From Malacoraja senta (lineage: Eukaryota), in assembly GCA_038087875.1 (NCBI GenBank), contig JAXLNO010001232.1, positions 1 to 64,000 on the forward strand: a stretch of DNA of 64,000 nt, given 5' to 3'. Position 1 is the first letter of the stretch. Each line of letters starts with the position of its first letter. Below, piece after piece: positions 27,843 to 39,900 of the stretch. The position numbers and the translations under genes are program-made. Below the pieces are notes generated by a model, which was not told where the DNA came from, made no database searches, and saw only the letters and a list, made by a program, of their open reading frames with translations.

Positions 27843-29185
27843 GTTACTGGACAGAATTCTGAGGGATAGGATATACAAGCATTTGGATGGGCAAGGGCTG
27901 ATTAGGGGCAGTCAGCATGGTTTTGTACGAGGGAGGGCGTGTCTCACAAATCTGATTGATTATTTTGAATATGTGAGCAAAACGGTTGGTGAGGGCAGAG
28001 ATGTAGTTGTTTTGTACATGGACTTTATTAACGCGTTCGACAAGGTGCCGCATGGAAGACTATTCTGAAAGGTTCGATCTCATGCGATCCAAGGTGAGAT
28101 AGCTTAATCGATAGCAAATTGGCTCCATTTAAGGAAGCAGAGGGTCTTTGTTGAAGGTTGCTTCTCAGAATGGAAGCCTGTGACTTGTGGTGTGCCACAG
28201 GGTCCGGTGCTGGCCCCCTTACTATTTGTCATCTACATCGATGATTTGGATGAGAACAACAGGGCAAGATTAGCACGTTTGCTGATGATACTAAAGTTAT
28301 TGGTTTTGCAGTTAGTGAATCAATTTGTGAACGATTGAAGCATGATCTGGACCGATTGCCTATGTGGGCGGAGGAATGGTTGATGTAATATAATACAGTG
28401 AAATGTGAAGTGTTGTATTTTGGGGCGTCGAACAAGGGCAGGACCTACACAGTAAATAGTAGGTCTCTGAGTAGTGTTGTAGAGCAGAGGGATCTGGGAA
28501 TAAAAGCGCATGGTTCGTTGAAGGGCTACTCGTAGGTAAACAAGGTGGTCAAAAAGGCCCTTTGACCTTCATCTGCCAGAGTATTGAGTATAGAAGTTCG
28601 GAGGTCATGTTGCAGTTGTATAAAACTTTGGTGAGACCGCATTTAGAATATTGTGTTCAGGTCTGGGCACCATGTTATAGGAAATATAACATCAAGCTTG
28701 AAAGGTTTTAGAAAATATTTACGAGGACGTTGCCAGGACTAGAGGGTGTGAACTGTAGAGATAGGTTATGTAGGCTGGCTCTCTATTCCATGGAGCGCAG
28801 GAGGATGAGGCCAGATCTTATAAAGGTATACAAAATCATGAGAGGAATCGATCGGGTAGATGTACAGAGTCTTTTACACAGAGTAGGGGATTCGAAGACC
28901 AGAGGACATAGGTTCAAGGTCAAGGGGAAAGGATTTAACAGGAATTCGAGTGGTAATTTTTTCGCACAGAGGATGGTGGGTGTATGGAACAAGCCGCCAG
29001 AGGAGGTTGTTGAGGCTGGGACTATCCCATCGTTTACGAAACAGTTGAACAGGTACATGGATAGGACAGGTATGGAGGGTTATGGACCAAGGGCAGGCAA
29101 GTGGGACTAGGGTAGCTTGGACATTGTTGGCCGGTGTGTGCGAGTTTGGCCGAAGGGCCTGTTTCCGCACTGTATCACTCTATGA
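27843..29185 (+). mobile_element. CR1 5'-truncated copy (RT to 3' end)
   Basis: HGFVRGRACLTNL, AFDKVPHGRL, MPGLEGVNCRDRLCRLALYSMERRR...WD*; inserted into an AT-rich CATGAT repeat. Confidence 0.85.
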
Positions 29186-29189
29186 GTAT

Positions 29190-29590
29190 GAGTCTACAAT
29201 ATCTCAAATTTCCTAATTTATCATTTCATGGCTCCATGATTTTAATGATTTTGTGGCTTTATCATTTCATGTTTCCATGATATATCTGATTTCTGAATTA
29301 TTCAACTTCACGATACCTTTGCTTTCAAGATTGTATAACTTTATTGTTCCATGATATCCCCTATTTCAAGATTGAATAATTTCATGGTACCATGTCTCCA
29401 ATTTCAACATTATATGACCATGATTTCGCTGATTTTGTGACGTTATGACTGTGATTCCATATTATTTATGAATTCAGGATTTAATAATTGAGTAGTTCTG
29501 AGATATACCTGATTTCAGTTTTGTATAACTTTATGATTCCATGATATCTCTGATTTCAGGCCTGCGTAACCACGATCCCGTGATTTCAGG
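29190..29590. repeat. AT-rich degenerate satellite (TTTCATG/ATGATT units), also at 27684-27840
   Basis: Recurrent CATGATTT and TATGATTCCATGAT units on both sides of the CR1 insertion. Confidence 0.7.
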
Positions 29591-29860
29591 ATCATACGAA
29601 CCTACCTTTCCTCAGATTTGAAATCATTTTGGATTATTAATTCGCTTTGCTGCGTTAGTTAGCTGCGTTTGCTCATGACCTGTTACCTGTTTCACTCGGA
29701 AATCAATGTTCTTGTGATCCGGAGAGTTGGTTTTCCGACGGACATCAAACTATAATCTTTGCAGAGGCCTCTGAATTCACCAGAGATCTTGCAATCTGCA
29801 TCTTTATGTACGTGGTGGTATCTTAAGCAATAAAGAGAGCGTTACTGCAAATAAATCTCT
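29560..29860 (+). CDS. Candidate TRBC terminal exon (cytoplasmic tail + 3' UTR), acceptor uncertain
   Basis: Non-repetitive block with two AATAAA signals (29829, 29850). Possible phase-0 starts: 29560 (ACVTTIP*), 29590 (DHTNLPFLRFEIILDY*) or 29616 (I*, best pyrimidine tract CCTACCTTTCCTCAG). Confidence 0.35.
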
Positions 29861-29959
29861 CGTTTCTCATTTACTTATGTCATATTTGCATAAAACGTAA
29901 ATAGTCAGAATTCAAGGGGCCTGAGCTACAGAAATTTCATAAATTATAGGAGCAGTATT

Positions 29960-32900
29960 AGTCAAGTCTTGAATCATGGCTGATCTATATTTCCCTCTCA
30001 ACTGTATTGTCACGCCTTCACCCCATAACCTCTGAAGCCTGTACTAATCAATATTTTGACAAACGCATCCTTTATCCATTGACCTGGCCTCCACGGCTGT
30101 CTGTGGCAATGAGTACAGGCCACAGATTCACCACCCTCTGGCTAAAGAAATCCCTCCACATCTACATTCTAAAGGAACATCCTTTTATTCTGAGTCTGTG
30201 GCTTCTGGCCCTAGACTCTCCCACTAACCATAAAAACATATCCACATCAACTCTATCCAGTACTTATACTATTTGGTACGGTTCTATGAGGTCCACCTAC
30301 CCCCCTCATCCTTCTAAACTGCAATGTGTACAGGCCCAGTATCATCAAATGCTAATGAATTAATCAAATCATCCTTGGATCATTCTTGCAAACCTCTGCT
30401 GGACACTCTCCAATCTGGGTGAGGGAGAGGTTTGAGCAGGCTAGGCATTTATACCTTGGAACACGGTAGATGTTGTATATATGGATTCCAGCAAGGCATT
30501 TGACAAGGTTGCGCATGGTAGGCTGCCCTGGAAGGTTAGATGGCATGGGATCCAGTGAGAGAGAGCTGAATGGATAGAAAATTGTGTTCATAGAAGGAAG
30601 CAGAAGGTGTTGCTGAAATGTAGTTTTTCGACTGCATGCCTGTGACTATTGGTGTGCCTCAGGGTTCGTTGCTGGGCCAATTGCTATTTGTCATCATATC
30701 AATGATGTGGATGAGAACATACAAGGCATGATTAAGGTCATAATGTAAGGAATAGGAGCAGAATTTGGCAATTCGGCCCATCAAGCCTACTCAATCATTG
30801 CTGATATATCTCTCCTCACCCTTTCTCCTGCCTTCTCCCCATAACCTCTGACATCTGTACTATTCAAGAATCTATCTATCTGTGCCTTAAAAGTATCCAC
30901 CTAGTTGGCCTCTACAGCCTTCTGTGGCAGAGAATTCCACAGATTCACAACCCTCTGACTAAATACATTTCTCACCATCTCCTTCCTAAATAACGTCCTT
31001 TAATTTTGAGGCTATAACTTTTAGTTCTACACTCTCCCGCCAATGAAAACAACCTCTCCACTTCCATTATATCTACTATTATTTATGTTTCAATGAGGTT
31101 GTTCTAAATTCCAGCGAGTACAGGCACAGTGCCGACAAACGCTCATCAGAGGTTAACCTACCTATTCCTGGGATCATTCTTGTAAACCTCCTCTGGGCCC
31201 TCTCCTGAACCAGTAAACCTCATCTGGGCCCTCTCCTGAACCAGCACTGGATAGACTCGGCTTGTACTCGCTAGAATTTAGAAGATTGAGGGGGGATCTT
31301 ATAGAAACTTACACAATTCTTAAGGGTTTGGACAAGCTAGATGCAGGAAGATTGTTCCCGATGTTGGGAAAGTCCAGGACACGGAGTCACAGTTTAAGGA
31401 TAAAGGGGAAATCCTTTAGGACCGAGATGAGAAAAACATTTTTCACGCAGAGAGTGGTGAATCTCTGGAACTCTCTGCCACAGAAGGTGGTTGAGGCCAG
31501 TTCATTGGCTATATTTAAGAGGGAGTTCGATGTGGCCCTTGTGGCTAAAGGGATCAGGGGGCATGGAGAGAAGGCAGGTTACATGATACTGAGTTGGATG
31601 ATCATCCATGATCATATTGAATGGTGGTGCAGGCTCGAAGGGCCGAATGGCCTACTCCTGCACCTATTTTCTATGTTTCTATGTTTCTATCCTACTTCAG
31701 ATCTGGTGCCCAGAATTACTCACAGTATTCCAAATGCGGCCTTACCAGCGCTTAATATAGTCTTGACATTTCATTCCTGTTTTTGTATTCTAGCCCTCTT
31801 GAAATATATGCTAGTATTTTGTTTGCTTGCTTTACTCCCGATTCTACTTGCCGATTAACTTTTTGGAAATCCTGCTCCTTCACTGCCAAGTCCATTTGCT
31901 CCTCCGATTTCTGGATTCTCTCCCCATTTAAAAAATAGTCTACACCTTTATTCCTACTTCAAAAATGCATTACTCCACATTATGCAGCACTATGTTCCAT
32001 CTGCCACTTCTCTGCCACTCTTCCAACCTATCAATGTCCTTCTGCAGAGTCCCTGTTTTCTCTATACTACCTGCCCCTCCACCTATTTTCGTATCAACCG
32101 CAATTTTTTCCACAAAGACTTCAACCCACTCGTCCAGATCATTAGTATACAATTCGAAGAGTAGCGCCCCCAGCACCGACCAACTCCACTAGTCACTGGC
32201 AGTCAACCAGAAAAATAACCCATTATTGCCAGCTCTTTGTCTTCTGCCATCCAGCCAAGCAGCTATCCATGTATACGCACTTTGATACCGTGGGCTCTCA
32301 TCTTCCTAAGCAGCATAACGTGTGGCACCTTATCAAAGGCTTTCTGTTGATATAAGTAAATGACATCTCCTTTGTCTGTCCTGCTATCTACTTCCTCAAA
32401 GAATTCCAGCAAATCTGTCAAGGAAGACCTCCCCTTTACAAAGCCATGCTGACTTCGGCATATTTTATCGTGAACATATCAGTACTCTGAAACATCCTTT
32501 TTCATGATCTTTAAAATCTTACCCAACAACTGAAGTCAGATCAACCGGCCTCTAGTTCCCACTGTTATGCCTTGCTACCTTTTTTTGTGCAGCGGGATAC
32601 TATTGGCAATTTTCTAATCATCTGGAACAACTTCTGACTAGTGATTCCTAAAATAGCATTATCAATGCCTCCACAAACACTAAAGTCACTTATTTCTGAA
32701 CCATATAGTGCAGTCCATACGGCCCAGGTGACATCCAACTTCATCCCTTTTAGTTTCCCAAGCATCTTCTCCCTGGTAATAACCACTACACTAACTTCAA
32801 CCCCTAACTCTTGAATCTCAGGCACGTTGCTGGCGTCTTCCTCTGTGCAGACTGATGAAAAAAGTTATCCAACTCCTCTGCCATTTCCTTATTCCCCATT

Positions 32901-34897
32901 ATCACTTCACCCGCATCATTCTCCAGCAGTTTAATGTACACTCTTCTCTCTTTCTTACACTTCATATAAATGAAGAGAGTCTTGCTATTCTTTTTTTAAT
33001 ATTATTGCTTTCGTATTTCATCTTTTCTCCCCGTATTGTATTTTCTGTTACAATCTGTTGCACTTGAAAAGCTCATCAATCCTCTGGTTTCCCGCTAACC
33101 TTTGCACTGTTATCTTTTAGGTATATACTGTCCTTGACTTCCCTTGTCAGCCACGGACGCGGCTGTCTCCCCCAAGAATCTTTCTTCCGCTTTGGAATGA
33201 AATGATCCTGCATATTCCAGATTTGTCCTTAAAATTCTTGCCATTTGGTGGTCTACCGTCATCCTGCTAGGGTCCCATTGTAGTCAACATTGGCCATCTT
33301 CTCCCTCATGTCTCTGTTATCCCCTGCAATGCCGACACATCCAATTTCACCTTCTCCCTCTCAAATTGCATATTAAAACTTATCATGTTGTGGTCGCTAC
33401 CTCCTAATGGTTCATTTATCTTGAGTTCCCTGATCAAATCCGGTTCATTACATAACACTAAATGCAAAATTACCCTTTCCTTGGTAGGCTCCATCACAAA
33501 CTCCTTTAAGAATCCATCTCGTTGGGTCTCTACATATTCCATTTCTTGTAAACCAATACCAACCTAATTTTCCCAATTCCCTGCATATTGAAATCTCCCA
33601 TGATCAACGTAGCATTGCCCTATTTGCATGCCAATTTTATTTCTTGATGTACCCTATTCAATGGCTACTGTTTGGGAGCTGTAAATAACTCCCATTAAGG
33701 CCTTTTTAGCCTTATAATTTTTCAGCTCTATCCACAATAATTCTACACCTTCTGACCCTATTTCACCCTCACCCCCACTCCCTATGCCTACTTCCTGTCA
33801 TTCCGATATGACGTATAACCCTGAATATTAAGCTCCCAGCTCCGATCGTCTTGCAGCCACGTCTTCTGGGATTTTCTTAAGATGTAACTAGGAAAATGGA
33901 CAAGGGAGAGCCAGTGGATGTAGTGTACCTGGACTTTCATAATGCATTTGCTAAGGTCCCCCATAGGAGATTAGTGGGCAACATTAGGGCACATGGTATT
34001 GGGGGTAGAGTGCTGACATGGATAGAGAAGTGGTTGGCAGACAGGAAACGAAGAGTAGGGATTAACTGGTCCCTTTCAGAATGGCAGGCGGTGACTAGTG
34101 GGCTACCGCGAGGCTCGGTGCTGGGATAGCAGCTATTTACAATATACATCAATGATTTGGATGAAGACAACGGGATCTGGGTGGTCATTGTACATCAGTC
34201 TATGAAAGTACCCATGCAGGTACAGCAGGCAGTGAAAAAAGCGAATGGCATGTTGGCCTTTATAACAAGAGGAATCGAATATAGGAGTAAAGAGGTCCTT
34301 CTGCAGTTGTACAGAGCCCTCGTGAGACCAAACCTGGAGTATTGTGTGCAGTTTTAGTCCCCTAACTTGAGAAAGGACATTCTTGCTATTGAGGGAGTGT
34401 AGCGTAGGTTTACAAGGTTAATTCCCGGGATGGCGGGACTGTCATATGCTGAGAGAATGGAGAAGCTGGGCTTGTACACTCTGGAGTTTAGAAGAATGAG
34501 AGGGGATCTCATTGATACATATAAGATTGTTAAGGGCGTGGACACGCTAGAGGCCGGAAACATGTTCCCGATGTTGGGGGAGACCAGAACCAGGGGGCAC
34601 ATTTTAAGAATAAGGAGTAAGCCATTTAGAACGGAGACGAGGAACTTTTTCTCACAGATAGTGGTGAGTCTGTGGAATTCTCTGCCTCAGAGGGCGGTGG
34701 AGGCGGTTCTCTGGATGCTTTCAAGAGAGAACTGGATAGGGCTCATAAAAATAGCAGTCAGAGGATATGGGGAGAAGGCAGGAACGGGGTACTAATTGGG
34801 GATGGTCAGCCATGATCACATTGAATGGCGGTGCTGGCTCAAAGGGCCGAATGGTCTACTCCTGCACCTATTGTCTATTGTCTATTGTCTATTGTAT
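29960..34897. mobile_element. CR1 cluster: plus 3' end 31245-31690, degenerate minus EN-RT 31700-33870, plus RT-3' end 33870-34897, older fragments 29960-31240
   Basis: ORFs 31262-31858, 33896-34129, 34157-34357 and 34430-34795 carry CR1 RT motifs; (TGTTTCTA)n and (CTATTGT)n tails. Confidence 0.85.
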
Positions 34898-35006
34898 ATG
34901 TAATTCCCACAACATCATGCCTACCAATCTCTAAATGTGCTACAAGCTCGTCCACTTTGTTTCCTTTTGTACGCGCATTCAAATACAACACTTTAATTCA
35001 GTAGTG

Positions 35007-35549
35007 ACCTGTGACACCACTTTCGGGGAACTATGCACCTGCACTGTTAGATCCCACTGCTCCACAACACTCCTGTCTACATGAGACGCCACTGTCAGGG
35101 AACTATGTACCTGCATTCCTCGATCTCCACGCTCCACAACAATCCCTGTCTTCCTGTGACGCCAACTTCAGAAACAATATACCTGCACTCCTATATCTCT
35201 CAACTCTACAACACTCACCATCTACCTTTGATGGTACTTTCAGTGAACTACTGTATGTACCTGCAGTCCTAGATCCGTCTGCTCGACAACACTCCCTGAT
35301 TACGTGTGACTCCGCTTTCTGGGAACTATGTACCTGCACCTCTAGATACATCTGCTCTAGAACACTCCATCTCCACCTGTGACACTACTTTCAGGGAACT
35401 ATGCACCTGCACCCCAAGATCCCTCTGCACTGCAATACCCCCTGTCTACCTGTGACGTTAATTTCAGGGAACTATTTACATTCACTCCAAGATCTCACTG
35501 CTCTTCAACACTCCCTGCCTATATGCGATACTACTTTAAGGGAACTATG
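35007..35549. repeat. Minisatellite, about 8 units of ~71-76 bp, derived from an internal CR1 ORF2 segment
   Basis: Approximate consensus TGTGACNCCACTTTCAGGGAACTATGTACCTGCACTCCTAGATCCCTCTGCTCTACAACACTCCC; the reverse complement corresponds to the CR1 peptide GSVVEQRDLGVQVHSSLKVASQV. Confidence 0.85.
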
Positions 35550-35599
35550 GAGGGTGGGGGGGAGGAAGAGGTAAGTGGAAATAAATCACTGGTTTGTTT

Positions 35600-35910
35600 C
35601 TGACTTGCACAGTTTGGCTTCCGGTGGCTTCCGGAAATTCTGAGTCAAACGGAAAAAAAAGCCGACAGAGATCGAACAAATGCAGGCGAATCGAGAATAA
35701 CAAGTAGCAGGTGCCTGAGAGAAGGCGGCAGTTCATGCGGATGTGGTCTAAACAACAATTGTCTGTTCCACTACACCGTTGCCTGTCTAAAGTAGGTCAC
35801 ACCATCTCCGCCCGGTTTGTGGTCTAACTAGTTCTCGACATTTGAGCGTTAGTGTGTCGTAGGGGGAAGGGACGTCGCTTGGTGCTCTGCTCTGAAAGCA
35901 CCTGTTTATT
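35600..35910. promoter_or_regulatory. Candidate TCR-beta 3' enhancer (E-beta-like)
   Basis: Ets cores CTTCCGG (35618, 35628) and CCGGAAAT (35631), AP-1 TGAGTCA (35641), E-boxes CAGGTG (35708) and CACCTG (35899), Ets-Runx composite GGATGTGGT (35739-35747), second Runx TGTGGT (35818), Myb-like CCGTTG (35776) and GACGTC (35871). Unique sequence about 6 kb 3' of the putative last C exon. Confidence 0.55.
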
Positions 35911-36328
35911 TGCCTTTCTCTCCCTATCTATCCCTCTCACTCTCGCTCTANNNNNNNNNNNNNNNNNNNNNNNNNNNNNNNNNNNNNNNNNNNNNNNNNN
36001 NNNNNNNNNNNNNNNNNNNNNNNNNNNNNNNNNNNNNNNNNNNNNNNNNNNNNNNNNNNNNNNNNNNNNNNNNNNNNNNNNNNNNNNNNNNNNNNNNNNN
36101 NNNNNNNNNNNNNNNNNNNNNNNNNNNNNNNNNNNNNNNNNNNNNNNNNNNNNNNNNNNNNNNNNNNNNNNNNNNNNNNNNNNNNNNNNNNNNNNNNNNN
36201 NNNNNNNNNNNNNNNNNNNNNNNNNNNNNNNNNNNNNNNNNNNNNNNNNNNNNNNNNNNNNNNNNNNNNNNNNNNNNNNNNNNNNNNNNNNNNNNNNNNN
36301 NNNNNNNNNNNNNNNNNNNNNNNNNNNN

Positions 36329-39300
36329 GGAGCTGTTCCCAAACCATGCTGTAATGCATCGCGATAAATTGTTTTCTATGGCGAATAGAGGTTGAACAGG
36401 GGTGTTGGGGACATGCCGAACCTCTAAAGCTTTCTAAGGCAGTAAAGGCGTTGGTGTGCTTCCTCGGCCATTGCTTAGATGTGACTGATCCAAGACTATA
36501 TGCTGGTGATATTTTCTCCTCGGAACTTTGATCTTATCAAATTTATTTCTACCCAACTTTAGGAGTGAAATGAGAGAGTAGCCAGGGTATCTGATGATGT
36601 TGGCCGCCTTTTTGAGGCAGTGACTCCTATAGATCCCTTTAATGGTGGGGAGGTCAGTACCAGTGATGGATTTGGCAGTGTCTACCACTCTCTGTAATTT
36701 CCTTTGTTCATGGGCATACAAGATGCCCAACCAGGCCGAGATGCAACCTGTTAACATGCTCTCTACTGTATGTGAGCTACAGGGAGAAGCTTTGAAAATT
36801 GGAAGAGTTGCAAACATTGAATAAGGCTGTCAGAAGATACAGCGGGGTGGAGATCAGCTGCAGAAATGAGTGGAAAATGGCAGATGGAGTTTAACATGAG
36901 CAAGTGTGTGAGCTGTTGCACTTTGTGAGTTTGAATGTAAGGTGAAAGTCTACAGTTATTAGCAAGATCCTCAACAGCACTGATATTTAGTGTTAACTTG
37001 GAGTCCAAGTTCATAGCTCACTGAAGGGGGAAGCACAAGCAGATAGAGCGGTAAAAAAAAATCAAGAGAGTATTTGTTGATCGAGTCAATGGAAGGGAGG
37101 TCGGTTTCCGTGATGGTCAGAGCTGCGTCCGCAATTCCACCGCTCCTGGCAGCGCGTTCAAAGTCCCCACGACCTTCTGTGTATAAAAAAACTTGCCACG
37201 CATATTTCCTGTAAAATTTGCCCCTCTCACCTTAAAGCTACGCCCTCTAATATTTGACATTAGTATGGTGGTGCAGGGGGGGGTGGGGGTAGATTCTGAC
37301 TGTTTATCCCATCTACCGCTCTCGGAAAGTTATATTACTTCTTTCTGGACTCCAATCAACCTGTGAGGTTCCGGGGAAATAATCCAAGTCTGTGCAACTG
37401 CTCCTTGTACTTAATACACTCTATTACTTTCCCTGGGCATTTATCTGTCCACATAGTTTGGGAAGATGGGGAATCTAACCGACTCTCTCTTATTCGCTCC
37501 CTCTTTCCGTTTCAAGGTATGGTAAGTGTTGGGGGTGAGAGGGAGAGAGCATGAGATAGTGTAATACTCCCACCCAGTGGCGGAGAACCACCACTGCGAT
37601 TCCTACACTCCGCCCTGTCTCTGTGACCACCTCCCAGCCGGCACTTACACCCCTCTCCCTGTTTCTCTGACTCCCTCCCTCTCCAGACCCGTTTCCCCTC
37701 TCCCCGTCACTGTACCCCCCTCCCCTCCGGCCCCTACACACTTCTCCCCATGAAGAGGGGAAAAGAGGGAGTGACCGGGGTGAGATTGGTCTTTGTTTAT
37801 TTTGGTGGCCTTGAGCGGCGGCATGAGGTGTAGATGGTGTCGATGGTGTCCATGGAAGAGAGATTAGTTTGCGTGATGGTCTCGGCTGCTTCCACAATTT
37901 TCTGCTGTTTTTTGCGGTTCATGGAGGGAGCTGTTCCCAAACCATGCTCTAATGCATCCCGATAAAACAAAATTCATGGCGTATCTGTAGAGGTTGAACA
38001 GAGGTGTTGAGGACATGCCGAACCTCCAAAGCTTTCTAAGGCAGTAAACGCGATGGTGTGCTTTCTAGTCCATTGCTTAGATGTGACTGGTCCAAGAATT
38101 TATGCTGGTGGTATTTACTCCCCGGAACTTTGATCTTATCAAATTAATTTCTACCCAACGTTAGGAGTGAAATGAGAGAGTAGCCAGGGTGGTATGGGTA
38201 TCTAATTATGCTGGCCGCCTTTTGAGGCAGTGACTCCAATAGAATACTTTGATGGTGGGGAGGTCAGTACCCGTGATGGATTGGGCAGTGTCTACCACTC
38301 TCTGTAATTTCCTTTGTTCCTGGGCATTCAAGATGCCGAACCAGGCCGTGATGCAACCAGTTAAGATGCTCTCTACTGTATGTGAGCTACAGGGAGAAGT
38401 TTTGAAAATTGGAAGAGTAACAAAACATTGAGGAAGGCTATTAGAAGATACAGTGGGATGGAGGTCAGCTGCAGAAATAGGCGATAAAATGGCAGATGGA
38501 GTTTAGCATGAGCACGTGTGTCATCTGTTGCACTTTGTGAGTTCGAATGTAATGTGAAAGTCTACAGCTATTAGCAAGACCCTCACAGCATTGACGTGTA
38601 GTGTTAACTTGGAGTCCAAGTTCATAGCTCACTGAAGGTGGCAGCACAAGTAGATAGAGCGGTAAAGAAATTCAAGCGAGTATTCGTTGATGTGTAGATC
38701 GAGTCGATGGAAGGGAGGTCGGTTTCCGTGACGGTCAGAGCTGCGTGCACAATTCCAACGCTCCTGTCAGCGCGTTTCAGGCCCCCACCAGCTTCTGTGT
38801 ATAAAAAACTTGCCCCGCATATTTCCTGTAAAATTTGCCCCTTTCACCTTAAAGCTGCGCTCTCTAATCTTTGACATTCGTACGGTGGTGGGGGTGGGGG
38901 GGTAGTTTCCGACTGTATATCCTATCCACCGCTCTATCGGGTCTCCAATCAACCTGTGAGGTTCCGGAGAAATAATCCAAGTCTGTGCAAACTCTCCTTG
39001 TACGCTCTAATCATTTCCCTGGGCATTTATCTGTCCAAATAGTTTGAGAAGAGAGGGAATCGAACCGCCAATGTATCCACTCTCTCTTATTCGCCCCCTC
39101 TTTCTGTTACAAGAAATGGGTAGGTTTGGGGGTGAGAGGGAGAGAGCATGAGATAGTGTAATACTCCCACCCAGTGGCGGAGAACTACCACTGCGAATCC
39201 TACACCCCTCCCAGTCTCTGTCACCTGCTCCCCTCCGGCGCCTCTACCTCTCTCCCGATGTCTGTAACACCGTCGCCTCTGGCCCCAACACACCGCCCTG

Positions 39301-39420
39301 TCTCTGTGACCACTTCCCAGCCGGCACCTACACCCCTCTCCCTGTTTCTGTGACACCCTCCCTCTCCAGACCCGACGCCCACTCTCCCCGTCACTGTATC
39401 CCCCCTACACCCTTCGGCCC
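36329..39420. repeat. Local tandem duplication of a ~1.4-1.5-kb composite (36329-37720 vs 37927-39420) of Rex/Babar and CR1 fragments
   Basis: Both units begin GGAGCTGTTCCCAAACCATGCT and stay collinear to CCCCTACAC. Confidence 0.85.
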
Positions 39421-39439
39421 CTACACCGTTCTCCCCATC

Positions 39440-39900
39440 CCTGTGACCCGTTCCCCTCCCCGCCCTCAGAGACGGGGTGGGGTTGAGGGAGAGGGAGAGG
39501 GGCGGGTAAGAGAATAAGAGGAGGGGAGGGATGGGGTGTGAGTGAGGGGTAAGGGAAGTATAGGGGAGTGGGACAGCATGAGGGGAGATACAAGGGAGGG
39601 GAGGGAGTGACGAGGAGAGAGAGGACCTGGGGAGAGTGTGACGAGTGTTACAGAGGAGAGGTGAGTTAGACGGGAGGTGAGGGGGGAGATAATGGGGTGA
39701 GGGGAGAGAGGGAAGAGGATGGGGAGTTAGAGGAAAGGGGATGGGACGAGGGGGAGGAAGGGGCGAGTGAAGGGGAGGGAGAGTGGAGGGGAGCATAAGG
39801 TAGGGAGGGGACAGTTGATGGGCATGTGGAGTTGAGGAAGAACGGAGCAGTAGAGTGGGAGGGGTGAGGGAGTGATGAGGAGGGAGGGAGAGTGTTCGGC
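39440..39900. repeat. Purine-rich (GGA/GAG) low-complexity tract
   Basis: G/A-dominated sequence; source of the spurious Pro/Leu/Ser-rich ORFs. Confidence 0.85.

Noticed and set aside
31690-34897. Opposite-orientation CR1 pieces as a 5'-inverted (twin-primed) single insertion
   Set aside because: The pieces overlap in the RT region and differ in divergence, consistent with independent insertions.
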